Source of the DNA: a virus
Taxonomy: Duplodnaviria; Caudoviricetes
IMG/VR virus record: IMGVR_UViG_3300042852_000025
Coordinates: 1-64,000 of that record
Strand: one strand, 5' to 3'
Length of the DNA: 64,000 bases
Shown here: one piece after another, positions 29,430 to 38,617 of the stretch
Position numbering within the stretch: the first letter of the stretch is position 1
How the letters are laid out: each line of letters starts with the position of its first letter
Made by a program: the position numbers and the translations under genes
The notes under the pieces: generated by a model
The model's database searches: none
What the model was told of the DNA's origin: nothing
Seen by the model: only the letters and a program-made list of their open reading frames with translations

Positions 29430-30311
29430 TTACATCAGTACAATCATTCGGGGTTGTTGGGTCACGGCCACGGCGTTACTGAACGCCACTTCGACCACCA
29501 GCTGGCTCAGTAGGACTGTCGGGGAAATTCCTAACGCCACCTCCATGACCGCCTGCGACAGCACGGCAGCGGGCGCCGATAAGTTCGCCACCTCCATGAC
29601 CGCCTGCGACAGCACGGCAGCAGGTGCCGCTAAGTTCGCCACCTCCATGACCGCCTGCGACATTGAAATGGTGGTGCCGGTATTCGAAACATAAGGCGCG
29701 GTGTCACCGTTGGTGCCAATCGACAGGAAGTCGACATCCATCGTGCCGCCCGAGTCGCCGTTACCCACCCCGACCCAACCGGCGGCGCTGATCGCGCTGT
29801 CGGTGGTGGTGAAAGTCCAAGCGCTCGGTTCCTCTTCGGTCTCTTTCCAGACCTTCGCGGAGAGGGTGGTGCCGTTGACGCGGAAGCGCACGTAGTACCA
29901 GGTGTTGACGCTGTAGGCATACGTCGCCGTGGTGAGGTTGGTGCTGACCCCTGCCACGAACTTGTGCAGGGTCAGCGTTGTGCCTGACCCCATGATGAAG
30001 CTGTAGGCGGATTCGCTTGCCGCCGCCCCGGACCCGCGCAGCTGTAGGCGAATCTGATCCGAGTTGCTGCTGGAGGTCCTGACCCTCGCCAGGATTTCCG
30101 AGTTGGCGCGGTTGGCATCACCATCCACAGCGTCCCACGACAGCAGACGCCGCGCTGTGGCGGTCGAGGTTTTGCGCAGGACTTTGCCGCCATCCGTGTT
30201 GGCCACGGTGGTGGCCAACCAGGTGACGTTGCTGGTGACCCAGCGCGCCGTCCAGTCCGAGGGTTGCGCGGCAGCGGTGTAGCTGCCGAAGTTGGTGTTG
30301 TAGGTGGTCAT
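29430..30311 (-). CDS. Virion fibre-tip / lectin-like beta-sandwich protein with C-terminal repeats
   Basis: NTWYYVRFRV..TTLSAKVW pattern; SQAVMEVA repeats. Confidence 0.65.
   Translation of the reverse strand: MTTYNTNFGSYTAAAQPSDWTARWVTSNVTWLATTVANTDGGKVLRKTSTATARRLLSWDAVDGDANRANSEILARVRTSSSNSDQIRLQLRGSGAAASESAYSFIMGSGTTLTLHKFVAGVSTNLTTATYAYSVNTWYYVRFRVNGTTLSAKVWKETEEEPSAWTFTTTDSAISAAGWVGVGNGDSGGTMDVDFLSIGTNGDTAPYVSNTGTTISMSQAVMEVANLAAPAAVLSQAVMEVANLSAPAAVLSQAVMEVALGISPTVLLSQLVVEVAFSNAVAVTQQPRMIVLM
29535..29662. repeat. 51-bp period tandem repeat (coding)
   Basis: CGCCACCTCCATGACCGCCTGCGACA at 29535, 29586 and 29637. Confidence 0.9.
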
Positions 30312-30323
30312 GGACGGCGCCCC

Positions 30324-31424
30324 TTACAGGTCGGCCGAAACGCGCACGCCGAACTCGGCGGCGTTAAACCCGGCCTGCGACCAATCCGCCGACGTGTTGG
30401 GGTCCTGCAGCCAGCCTTTAATCATGTACCGCCAAGTCGTTGACAGGGCGTTGTACGCGGTAAAGTCCTCCGTCGAGCTGGACCGGCAGAACAGGTCCAG
30501 TCCACGGAACCCTGAGTCGTTTTTGCTGGCGTAAGCGTTCAACTGCACCGCCTTGATCGCCCCGGAGCCCGACACGTCCTGAAAGCCGTAGGAATCCTTG
30601 GTCAGCGCGGTGGCCGAGGACACGTAGTCAGAGGTGTTCGGCGTGGTTTCGTCGACCAAGGTGTTGTGCGTGGAGCCCGTGCTACAGGTCATCGCGGTGT
30701 AGGTGCCGTCCGCGTTCGGGTAATAGGGCTTGACGGAAATGTCCCCCAGAAACCCCCCTGATTCAGCGGAACCGCTGCTACCGGTGCGCAGATAGAGGTC
30801 ATCGAAGTAGCGGCTTTGCGCAACGCCCGATCCGTAGCTTAGGGTTTGCAGGGAACTGACCGTGTTCGCCGTTTGGGCTTGGGTGTTGATCCCGGTCAGG
30901 TTGATGTCGACAACCCCGTTGACCCGCACTTCAATCTGTCCGGCGCTACTGTCAATGAAGACGCGCACTTCGATGTAGTACCAAGTGTTCTGGGTGAACA
31001 CGGTTGTCCCAGCGCCAAGGTCGGTGGCGCTGGAGGCCCCACCGGCATACGCGCTCCCGCGCCCCGCATGGAGTTTCCCGTCATTGAGCATGGACAAAAA
31101 GACTTGCCCCAAAGTGCCGGCACCGTAGGTGTTGGCTGACGACAGGCCCAGGATCGAGTGCCCGTTAGACCCGGCTACAGTCGAGTCCGATGGAATGGCG
31201 GTGCAATAGTGGCCGAAGCCCAAGCAGATGTTCCGGCTGGGCGTTACCCCTTTGATGGCGTATGTCGCACCAGCGGCCGAAATTTTCAACGCCTTGCCAG
31301 AGTTGCGGAAAATGGTGGAGTCAATAGTGACGTTGCCCCCAGACGCCACAGCATCCCACTTCGCCCCAATGTCGGCGGTGGCGTAGTGGTCAAACCCATC
31401 GAGAAACGGAACGCCCCAAGTCAT
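30324..31424 (-). CDS. Virion fibre-associated lectin-like protein
   Basis: FLDGFDHY N-terminus; NTWYYIEV..GQIEVRVNG; YFDDLY. Confidence 0.65.
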   Translation of the reverse strand: MTWGVPFLDGFDHYATADIGAKWDAVASGGNVTIDSTIFRNSGKALKISAAGATYAIKGVTPSRNICLGFGHYCTAIPSDSTVAGSNGHSILGLSSANTYGAGTLGQVFLSMLNDGKLHAGRGSAYAGGASSATDLGAGTTVFTQNTWYYIEVRVFIDSSAGQIEVRVNGVVDINLTGINTQAQTANTVSSLQTLSYGSGVAQSRYFDDLYLRTGSSGSAESGGFLGDISVKPYYPNADGTYTAMTCSTGSTHNTLVDETTPNTSDYVSSATALTKDSYGFQDVSGSGAIKAVQLNAYASKNDSGFRGLDLFCRSSSTEDFTAYNALSTTWRYMIKGWLQDPNTSADWSQAGFNAAEFGVRVSADL

Positions 31425-31425
31425 T

Positions 31426-33768
31426 TCAGCGTACTCCTGCAATCGAGAATGAAAAGTCCGCCAGCGTGGCGTCGGCCGTGCCCGGTGCCTTGAACTGCAA
31501 CGCATCGCCGACTGCCAGGCTAAAGGCGGAAGCGGCAATGAAGGTCGGCGCCGCACCGGCTGCGGCAAAGCGCACGGTGCCCACGGCGGTGACGGCGTGG
31601 CCACTGGCGGCGATCTTGTTGACGGTGATGTCGGTCTGCGCGGTAGCGGCGATCAGGGCGATCCCGCTGGAGCCGGCCATGGCAGCGGCGAAGCTGATGG
31701 CGAACGGGGCGACGAACATGCCCAACACCTGGTTGGCTGCCGGCACGCCGTTCCAGGCCACGCCGATCACCGCCGGTTCGTCATAAAACTCCAGCGCGTT
31801 GGCCGCCGCGTTGACCCGCAGCTTCTTGAGCGCCTGCCCGGAGAAGCTGGCCGGTACGTCGGTCAGGGCGACGAAGGTGGTCGCGCCGCTGGTGTCGGTG
31901 ACGAACTCCAGCGCGGTCCCTGCCGAGTTGACCCGGACTTTCTTGAGCGCGGCGCCGGTGTAGTTGGCCGGTACGTCTGACAGGGAGGTGAAGGCGGTGA
32001 TGCCGGCCGGCACCGTGACGAACTCCAGCGCCGTGCCGGCACTGTTGACCTTGACGGTCTTGCTCGCGGCGCCGGTGTAGTTGACAGGCGCGTCACTCAG
32101 CCCGGTGAAGGCGGTGACAGGGGCGGCGACGGTGACGAACTCCAGGCCCGAGGCGTCGGACTTGACCTTGACCGTCTTGCTGCCTTGACCGGTGTAAGTA
32201 GTGGGCGCGTCCGTGAGCCCAATAAAACTGGTGGGGGTGGCCCCTGCCGAGAACTCGATGCCGGTTTCATCCCCCTTGACGGTCACCACCTTGAAGGCGG
32301 AACCAGCGTAGGAATCCGGGGTGTCGGTCAGGGCGAGCAGGGTGGTGGTGCTGAGCGGGGCGAACTCCAGGCCGGTCATCGCCGCGTTGACCCGGAGGAA
32401 CTTCAGCGCCTGACTGGAATAGGCGTCCGGGGTGTCCGGCAGCTCCAGGAAGTTCGCCGGGCCGGAGCCGATGGCGAACTCGACAGCGGTGCCGGCGGCG
32501 TTAACCCGCAGCACCTTGAGCGCCTGACTGGCGTAGCTGTCGGGCGTGTCGGTCAGGGCGAGCAGGGTCGACGGGGCCGCCGCGGCGCTGAATTCCAGAC
32601 CGCTTTCGTCACCCTTGACCGACACCAGGCGGAAGGCCTGGCCGGTGTAGGCGTTCGGGGTGTCGGACAGCGCCAGGTAGCTGGACACCGGGCTGCCGAA
32701 CTCAAGGCCGGTCTCTGTCAGGTTGACCACGGGCACCTTGCCTGCTTGCCCGGTGTAGCTCGCCGGGGCGTCGGTAAGCCCGGTAAACACCGTGGGAGCG
32801 GCGGCGCTGGAATATTCCAGCCCGGTCTCGTCGGCCTTGACCTTGACCACCTTGTTGGCCTGCCCGGAGTAGCTGGCCGGCACGTCGGACAAGCCGGTGA
32901 AGGCCGAGGCACCCCCGCCGCCACCGGTGCCGGAGGCGATCGACACCACGTTGACCCCGTCACAGAACAGCGCGCCGTTGGTGCCGCTGGCCAGTGCCAC
33001 GCCGGTACCGGACGCGGTCTTGACCGTCACGGCAAACGCGCCGGCCGTGTCGTTGTCGATGAAATACACCTTCGCCTTGGCCGGCACGATCAGGTTGCGC
33101 GCCGCCGTCGGGGTGCCGGTCAGGCGGATCACCCCCTGCTCCATGGCTTCGGCGGTGGTCAAGGTCACGTCGGCGGTGGTGATGGCCTTGCTCAGCAGGG
33201 CGCTAAAGGCTTTTTCCGTGGCCTCAATGCGCTTGTCCGGGCTGGCGTAAGTCAGGCCCGAGTAGCCGCTGCTGAGCAGGTCGAGCAGATCCTGGTAGCC
33301 CGGGGCGTAGGTGGCCAGCTTGTTGACCGAGGTGAACGCCGTGCCCGACCACACCACCGAGTACAGCGCGGCAGCGCTGGACGTGTCGCGGTAGGGGATG
33401 CCGTCAATGCCCATGCGAATGTAGTAGGTGCCGGCAGCGGCGCCACTGAACGGGATCACCGTGGTGGTCGACTTGTACGCCATCTGCGCGGCGCTGGCAC
33501 TCCAGAAGAAGCCGGGCTGCAGGGTCAGGTTGGTGCCTGACGTGCTGCTGGCGAACGAGGTCTCGCCGACCAGCGCCACGGCGATCGGGCCGAACATCGC
33601 CTTGCCGATGTTGAACAGGTTGGTCGGACTGGCCGCCGCGCTGCCCAACGTGTCGACCGTGCCGGACATCACGTTGATGGCGGCTTCCAGCGTCTCGATG
33701 TTGGCGTTGTGTTTGGGGATGTAGGCCGTTTCCCCTGTGGTCGCCAGGCGCTGCAAAGTAATAGTCAT
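31426..33768 (-). CDS. Tail fibre with ten 36-39 aa repeats
   Basis: Repeats of (F/L)xxLxDxPxxYxGxAxKxxxVxxxxxxLEF at about 31785-32901. Confidence 0.8.
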   Translation of the reverse strand: MTITLQRLATTGETAYIPKHNANIETLEAAINVMSGTVDTLGSAAASPTNLFNIGKAMFGPIAVALVGETSFASSTSGTNLTLQPGFFWSASAAQMAYKSTTTVIPFSGAAAGTYYIRMGIDGIPYRDTSSAAALYSVVWSGTAFTSVNKLATYAPGYQDLLDLLSSGYSGLTYASPDKRIEATEKAFSALLSKAITTADVTLTTAEAMEQGVIRLTGTPTAARNLIVPAKAKVYFIDNDTAGAFAVTVKTASGTGVALASGTNGALFCDGVNVVSIASGTGGGGGASAFTGLSDVPASYSGQANKVVKVKADETGLEYSSAAAPTVFTGLTDAPASYTGQAGKVPVVNLTETGLEFGSPVSSYLALSDTPNAYTGQAFRLVSVKGDESGLEFSAAAAPSTLLALTDTPDSYASQALKVLRVNAAGTAVEFAIGSGPANFLELPDTPDAYSSQALKFLRVNAAMTGLEFAPLSTTTLLALTDTPDSYAGSAFKVVTVKGDETGIEFSAGATPTSFIGLTDAPTTYTGQGSKTVKVKSDASGLEFVTVAAPVTAFTGLSDAPVNYTGAASKTVKVNSAGTALEFVTVPAGITAFTSLSDVPANYTGAALKKVRVNSAGTALEFVTDTSGATTFVALTDVPASFSGQALKKLRVNAAANALEFYDEPAVIGVAWNGVPAANQVLGMFVAPFAISFAAAMAGSSGIALIAATAQTDITVNKIAASGHAVTAVGTVRFAAAGAAPTFIAASAFSLAVGDALQFKAPGTADATLADFSFSIAGVR

Positions 33769-33770
33769 GC

Positions 33771-34283
33771 TTACCTCAGTTCGATCAGAACGCCGCCGCG
33801 GAAAATACCGGTCGCGCCATACGGCACGACCCCATAGCCACCGAAGGTGGCGAGTTCGTCATAGCTCAGGGCGCGGGCAACCAGGCCGACTTCGACGGTA
33901 GTGCCGAGGTCGTAGGCGATCGGGCCAAAGTCAGGGTCGGGGATGTGAACCGGGGTACGGGTGTACGTGCCGGGGCGGCGCTTCGACAGGCCGGTGACTT
34001 CCCAGCGCCCGGTCTCGGAGCGGCGCAGGCGCACGGCGGTACCGGCGTCGGAATAGATCAGGTCTCGGCTGTTGGCCGCGATCGGCACGTTGCGCAGCGG
34101 CGCCACCACTTCCTCGCCGTTGTTGCTGTCCAGCGACTTGAGGCCCACGTCGACATCGCAGCCATAGGTCAGCGACAGGCCGTCAGTCACCAGCAGGGTC
34201 GGGCGGGTCAGGATGGTGCCGTCAATCTCCCTGATCGACTGGTCGATTTCGCCACGGATGAGGTAGGTCAGTAAGCCGGCCAT
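33771..34283 (-). CDS. Tail tip protein
   Basis: Synteny within tail module. Confidence 0.6.
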   Translation of the reverse strand: MAGLLTYLIRGEIDQSIREIDGTILTRPTLLVTDGLSLTYGCDVDVGLKSLDSNNGEEVVAPLRNVPIAANSRDLIYSDAGTAVRLRRSETGRWEVTGLSKRRPGTYTRTPVHIPDPDFGPIAYDLGTTVEVGLVARALSYDELATFGGYGVVPYGATGIFRGGVLIELR

Positions 34284-35749
34284 CAGACGCGGAACCCCTG
34301 CACCGAGAGCATGGCAGCCGACCCTCGGGTCAGGTCGCGGGAGAACGTCAGCACATACAGGCGCGAACCGTCCGGCAGTTGCAGAATGTCGCCGCGCTCC
34401 AGCGCTGGGTGGTCAATTATGTCGACGTTCCAGGTGATGGCCGACAGGGAGCGGTACAGCAGCTCACGCACGGCGATCTGCTGGGCGTGGCCTTCGTTCA
34501 TCACGAAGTCCGAGTCGAGGCTTTCTTCCAGGCGCATCCATTCCGGGGTGCTGTCGTTGTAGGCTTCGGTGGTGTTGGTTTCGTGGACGTAGTCGTAAGG
34601 CTCGCCCCAAATCTCATACACCCCGGTGCCCAGCGACATGATGATCAGGAAGAATGCAGTCTGCCCGATGGCTTCGATCACTCGCCCTTCAGGGACGGTG
34701 GCGAAAATGGCCACGCCATCAGGGATGGTGGCGGCGTAGATCATGGCCGCCAGCGAGGCGGTGGCCAGCGTCGGCACCCACACCTTGGTGGTCACGGTGA
34801 TCTCGCCGCTGAACTCGCTTTTCTGTTCGTAGTCCTCATCACCGACCGGCAGGAGGCCGTCGTTGACCGATGTGATGGTTTTCATCCAAGTGTTGTCGGC
34901 GCGCTGCCGGCGGTCCTCCGACCAATACAACTCGCGTTCTTGCTTGAGCTTGAAGAACCCGGCGGTGATCGACTCACGGGCCACCATCTGCGCCTGCTGC
35001 AAACTTTTGCTCAGGTTCGGGTCGAGCCACTTGAGAATCACAGCGGTCACGGCTGTCTTGTTGCGCGAGCCGCTGATTCGCAGCAGCTGGTAAGGCTCCA
35101 GCACCAGGTCAGCGGTGCGCACGATGTCGCGGGAGATTGGTTTGAAGCGACCCAAGGCGTCGACCCACGGCTCAAGGCCAGCGACCTGCAGGAGGTCCGT
35201 CAGCATGTCCCATGCCGGCGTGTCCGCCAGTTGGGTGTCGCCATGCACGGTGCTGACGCCCAGCACCAGCGAGCCACGGATTTCCGAGGTGGTCAGGCCG
35301 ATGGCGGTGAGCACGTCCCGGGCGATCACGCCCAGTTCGCTGCCGGCGGGGTAGATGTTGCCGACCCACTTGGTCTGTCGCCACAGGCTGTTGCTGTCCC
35401 GGCTGCGCACGGTCAGGGACATGGCGCGCTCGCCCCGGCTCTCGCGGTAATCCGCCAGGTCCTCGATCTGCCCGTTGAACAGCGGCAGGCCGTCGAGACG
35501 CACCTGGATCAAGTCGCCGATCTTGGGTTGCGCCACGCCGTACAGTTCCTGGTAGAACGTCAGGCCCACGGTCAGGCCGCTCTCGGACTGGGTGAGGTTG
35601 TCGGCAAAGGGGCTCAGGTCCTGGTACACGGTGGCGGTGCCGTCGACCAGTTGCGCCCAGGTGGTACTGGTCGCCTTGAAATGCACCAGCTGGACATTGC
35701 GAACAACGTCCTCGCTCGGGTAGCGCAGGTACGGGAATTCCGTAAGCAT
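34283..35749 (-). CDS. Baseplate hub / tail tip protein
   Basis: Synteny; C-terminal HPALERGDI hub-type motif. Confidence 0.6.
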   Translation of the reverse strand: MLTEFPYLRYPSEDVVRNVQLVHFKATSTTWAQLVDGTATVYQDLSPFADNLTQSESGLTVGLTFYQELYGVAQPKIGDLIQVRLDGLPLFNGQIEDLADYRESRGERAMSLTVRSRDSNSLWRQTKWVGNIYPAGSELGVIARDVLTAIGLTTSEIRGSLVLGVSTVHGDTQLADTPAWDMLTDLLQVAGLEPWVDALGRFKPISRDIVRTADLVLEPYQLLRISGSRNKTAVTAVILKWLDPNLSKSLQQAQMVARESITAGFFKLKQERELYWSEDRRQRADNTWMKTITSVNDGLLPVGDEDYEQKSEFSGEITVTTKVWVPTLATASLAAMIYAATIPDGVAIFATVPEGRVIEAIGQTAFFLIIMSLGTGVYEIWGEPYDYVHETNTTEAYNDSTPEWMRLEESLDSDFVMNEGHAQQIAVRELLYRSLSAITWNVDIIDHPALERGDILQLPDGSRLYVLTFSRDLTRGSAAMLSVQGFRV

Positions 35750-36885
35750 TAGGGCACCGAGGTTTCACTAACGATGGAATTTGCGCCAGCAAGTACGCCA
35801 GCCAGTTGGACCAACACGACTCCGTTGTTTTCGCTGGCTTTCCTGCCAGGGCTCACGGTTGCCGCTGAATCATTCCCTACAGTGTAGGTCAGCTCTTGGC
35901 CGACGATCCCCTCGGCCGCGCCGCCGTACACCCGATTGAACACCGGCACGGTTTTGCCCTTCTGCGGAGAGCGCAGGGGGATCGGCGGCGTCATACCAAT
36001 GGGCAGCGCCACCGGGTAGTAGCCTTTGACTTTGGTGGTGCAGATGCAGTCCGGCAGGGTGTCGGGCGAGTTGTAGCAGAACAGCACCCGGCGCATGAAC
36101 GGGTCCCAGGTGAACGCGGTGTTAGTCCAGGTGAACCCGCCGCTGACCAGCCCGGTGTGCAGCACACCCAGCACTTCGCCGGTCTCGTAATTGAAGGCGG
36201 TCAGGTTGCCGGTGGTTTCCACGGCGTAGGCCACCGGCGGTTCGGCGATGAACAGGAACTCGATGTTGCCGGCCACGTTGATCGTGCGCAGCCAGTCGCC
36301 GTTGGACAGTCGGCAGACCGACAGCTGCGAGGCAGTGTTCCCCTGGATGCGGGTGATCACCACGTCGCGGGCGGGGTCGACGGCGAAGGTGCTGGTCCCG
36401 GGGAGCGCTCCGGTGCTGCCGATGTTGGCCCCCAAGTCGGTGAGCAGCACCGGGTGTTGCGTGGTCCGCCAAGTCACCGGGTCGACCTTCAACAACCCGT
36501 AGTCGTAGAGGCTGGTGGCCCAGATCGACCCGTCCGGGGCGGAAAACATGAACGCGATCGTGAACGAGGTGATGTTCTGGCGCATGCCTTTGTAGACCCC
36601 TGTTCGGCCATCCCACACCAGGGTCTGCACGCTCCAGCTCGGCCACGCATCTTGGCGCATCACGCTCAACAGATGAATCTCAAACTCGCCGGGGTAGGTG
36701 GGGTCTTTGATGGTGAACAAGCCCCGGAAAAAATCGATGTACATGGTGCAGGTGAAAAGGGTTTCGACCGGGCTTGGATAGAAATAGCTGATGCCGTCCG
36801 GGAGGATCAGCGCGGTGCGCGGTACGGCCCGCGTGGTCAGCGGGTACACCGCCACGTCAGACTCAAAAACCTGTTTGATCGGCAT
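35749..36885 (-). CDS. Tail tip protein, beta-rich with Ig-like C-terminus
   Basis: Synteny; coupled stop/start. Confidence 0.55.
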   Translation of the reverse strand: MPIKQVFESDVAVYPLTTRAVPRTALILPDGISYFYPSPVETLFTCTMYIDFFRGLFTIKDPTYPGEFEIHLLSVMRQDAWPSWSVQTLVWDGRTGVYKGMRQNITSFTIAFMFSAPDGSIWATSLYDYGLLKVDPVTWRTTQHPVLLTDLGANIGSTGALPGTSTFAVDPARDVVITRIQGNTASQLSVCRLSNGDWLRTINVAGNIEFLFIAEPPVAYAVETTGNLTAFNYETGEVLGVLHTGLVSGGFTWTNTAFTWDPFMRRVLFCYNSPDTLPDCICTTKVKGYYPVALPIGMTPPIPLRSPQKGKTVPVFNRVYGGAAEGIVGQELTYTVGNDSAATVSPGRKASENNGVVLVQLAGVLAGANSIVSETSVP

Positions 36886-37844
36886 CAGAGCAGCACCCCT
36901 GCGGTGAGGTTGAAGTTAAGGCCGGTGCTGCCGATCGGCAGGGTCACCCGAGTGCGGGCGTAACCGTCCACGTCGGTGGTCGACTGCGCGATCTGCACCA
37001 CCCCCGGCGTGGTGCTGGACCAGTCCACCAGCACCCCGGCACACGGCTCGCCGCTGGCACCGAGCAGGCGGGTGCGGTACTCGACCGAGCTGCCTTGGCC
37101 CACGGTGCCGAGCGCTGCGGGCGCGGACAGGGCCGTGGGCACGGGCTCGTCGGCGTAGATGCTGATGGTGTGATGCACCTCGGGGCTGACTTCCTGCCGC
37201 AGCACGAACCAGACCCCGAGAGCGGGGGAGTAGGTCGGGGGGGAGGCGGCGTCGAACCCGAGCTTGCGCTGCCAGCTGACGATTTCCCGGTTGACGTGGT
37301 CGTACAGCACGGCGGAATCCACCGCCGAAACAAACACCGTGCCGGCGGCGGGGCCGGGGCTGTAGCTGTAGCCAATGCCCCCAACGTTCATGGTGGGCAG
37401 GGTGGCTTCAATGGCGCCGCTACCGGTCTCGCTGTGCAGGCGGCTGCGCAGCCCGCTGAACAACACCCGTTCCGCCAGAAAGTAGGCACCGTTGGCCAAC
37501 CAGCTGGGGTCGGCAATCTCGGCCCCTTCGGGGTACAGGGTCACCGGATGCACCGAACGCACCAGCGAGTAGGTCATGCCGGCCGCGACTCGGGCGATAC
37601 CGGTGTTCTGCGTGTCGTGGTAGTAAATGTCATAGGCCGACAACGAGGGATTGCGCACCCCGGTAAAGCCATCGACCTGGATCAACGTGCCGCTCTGCAT
37701 GCTGTCGCCGGTAGGCTTCTTGATAATGGTCACGGCCGCCAACGCCATGAGCGAATCAAACCACATCGGCTTTTGAAAGCAGCGTGCATAGTTGCCGTCG
37801 ATGTCCTTCATCGCGAACGGCCCGGCCAGCAGACGCAAGGCCAT
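36885..37844 (-). CDS. Tail tip protein with Ig-like (Big-1-like) C-terminus
   Basis: GEPCAGVLVDW...STTDVDGYART. Confidence 0.55.
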   Translation of the reverse strand: MALRLLAGPFAMKDIDGNYARCFQKPMWFDSLMALAAVTIIKKPTGDSMQSGTLIQVDGFTGVRNPSLSAYDIYYHDTQNTGIARVAAGMTYSLVRSVHPVTLYPEGAEIADPSWLANGAYFLAERVLFSGLRSRLHSETGSGAIEATLPTMNVGGIGYSYSPGPAAGTVFVSAVDSAVLYDHVNREIVSWQRKLGFDAASPPTYSPALGVWFVLRQEVSPEVHHTISIYADEPVPTALSAPAALGTVGQGSSVEYRTRLLGASGEPCAGVLVDWSSTTPGVVQIAQSTTDVDGYARTRVTLPIGSTGLNFNLTAGVLL

Positions 37845-37845
37845 G

Positions 37846-38388
37846 TCAGGCCACCCTGCCGACAATGCGCAGCTTGACCGTCACCGGGTATTCCACAAGG
37901 TCGGTGCCGACCGATTGCGGGGACATCGTCATCGGCGCACCGCCGACCTCGATGCCGACGATGATCACGCTGAACTTCAGGCTGGTGACGTAGGAGGGGT
38001 GCCATTCGATGTAGCCCACCGCCGGATCGGGTGGGTTCATCCAGAAGGCGATCAACGCCTTGAGCATGTCGAGCGGCATCGACAGGCCGGCGCTAGGAAT
38101 CCAGCGTTCCTCCGGCGCCACGTCGCGCAGGTTGCCAGGCCACAGCGTGTTGGATGCCGACGACAGGGTCATCTGCGAGGTCCAGATCGGCGCGACAATC
38201 GCGTCCTCGGCCATGCTGGTCCATTCGTGCGGGGCCAGCGTGTAGTCCAGGGCGCCCAGCGTCGGGTGGATCATCCGGCCCTTGCCGGTGCCGGGCGCGG
38301 CGGCGGCCACCACCGACAGGGCGATGCTCTCGATCACCGGGCTGGCGTCGAGGACGGTGAAGTTGGTCGTTGCAGTCAGTAGGGCCAT
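37846..38388 (-). CDS. Distal tail-like protein
   Basis: Second gene after tape measure. Confidence 0.5.
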   Translation of the reverse strand: MALLTATTNFTVLDASPVIESIALSVVAAAAPGTGKGRMIHPTLGALDYTLAPHEWTSMAEDAIVAPIWTSQMTLSSASNTLWPGNLRDVAPEERWIPSAGLSMPLDMLKALIAFWMNPPDPAVGYIEWHPSYVTSLKFSVIIVGIEVGGAPMTMSPQSVGTDLVEYPVTVKLRIVGRVA

Positions 38389-38395
38389 ACCCACC

Positions 38396-38617
38396 TCACG
38401 GGACGTAGTGGACAGAGACAGTCGGGGTGTCGCCTGCCGTGCCGGGGTTGTAGCGGGCCAGCGCCACGCCTTGGGCGTCGGTGACTTCGCTGATCAGGGT
38501 CAGGGTGCCGGAGCCGGCCAGCGTCCACTGGATCGCCCGGTAGGACGGGCCAGTGAACACGATCAGGCAGCTGCCATCGGTGCGCACCAGGGTGCCAGTG
38601 AGGGCGCGCAGGCTCAT
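38396..38617 (-). CDS. Small Ig-like tail protein
   Basis: TDAQGVALARY motif; overlaps tape measure stop. Confidence 0.55.
   Translation of the reverse strand: MSLRALTGTLVRTDGSCLIVFTGPSYRAIQWTLAGSGTLTLISEVTDAQGVALARYNPGTAGDTPTVSVHYVP

Noticed and set aside
29535-29662. CRISPR-like or guide-RNA array
   Set aside because: Spacers are near-identical and the 51-bp period is in frame within a protein
29430-33768. Diversity-generating retroelement or invertible fibre cassette
   Set aside because: No reverse transcriptase, TR/VR pair or invertase in the window
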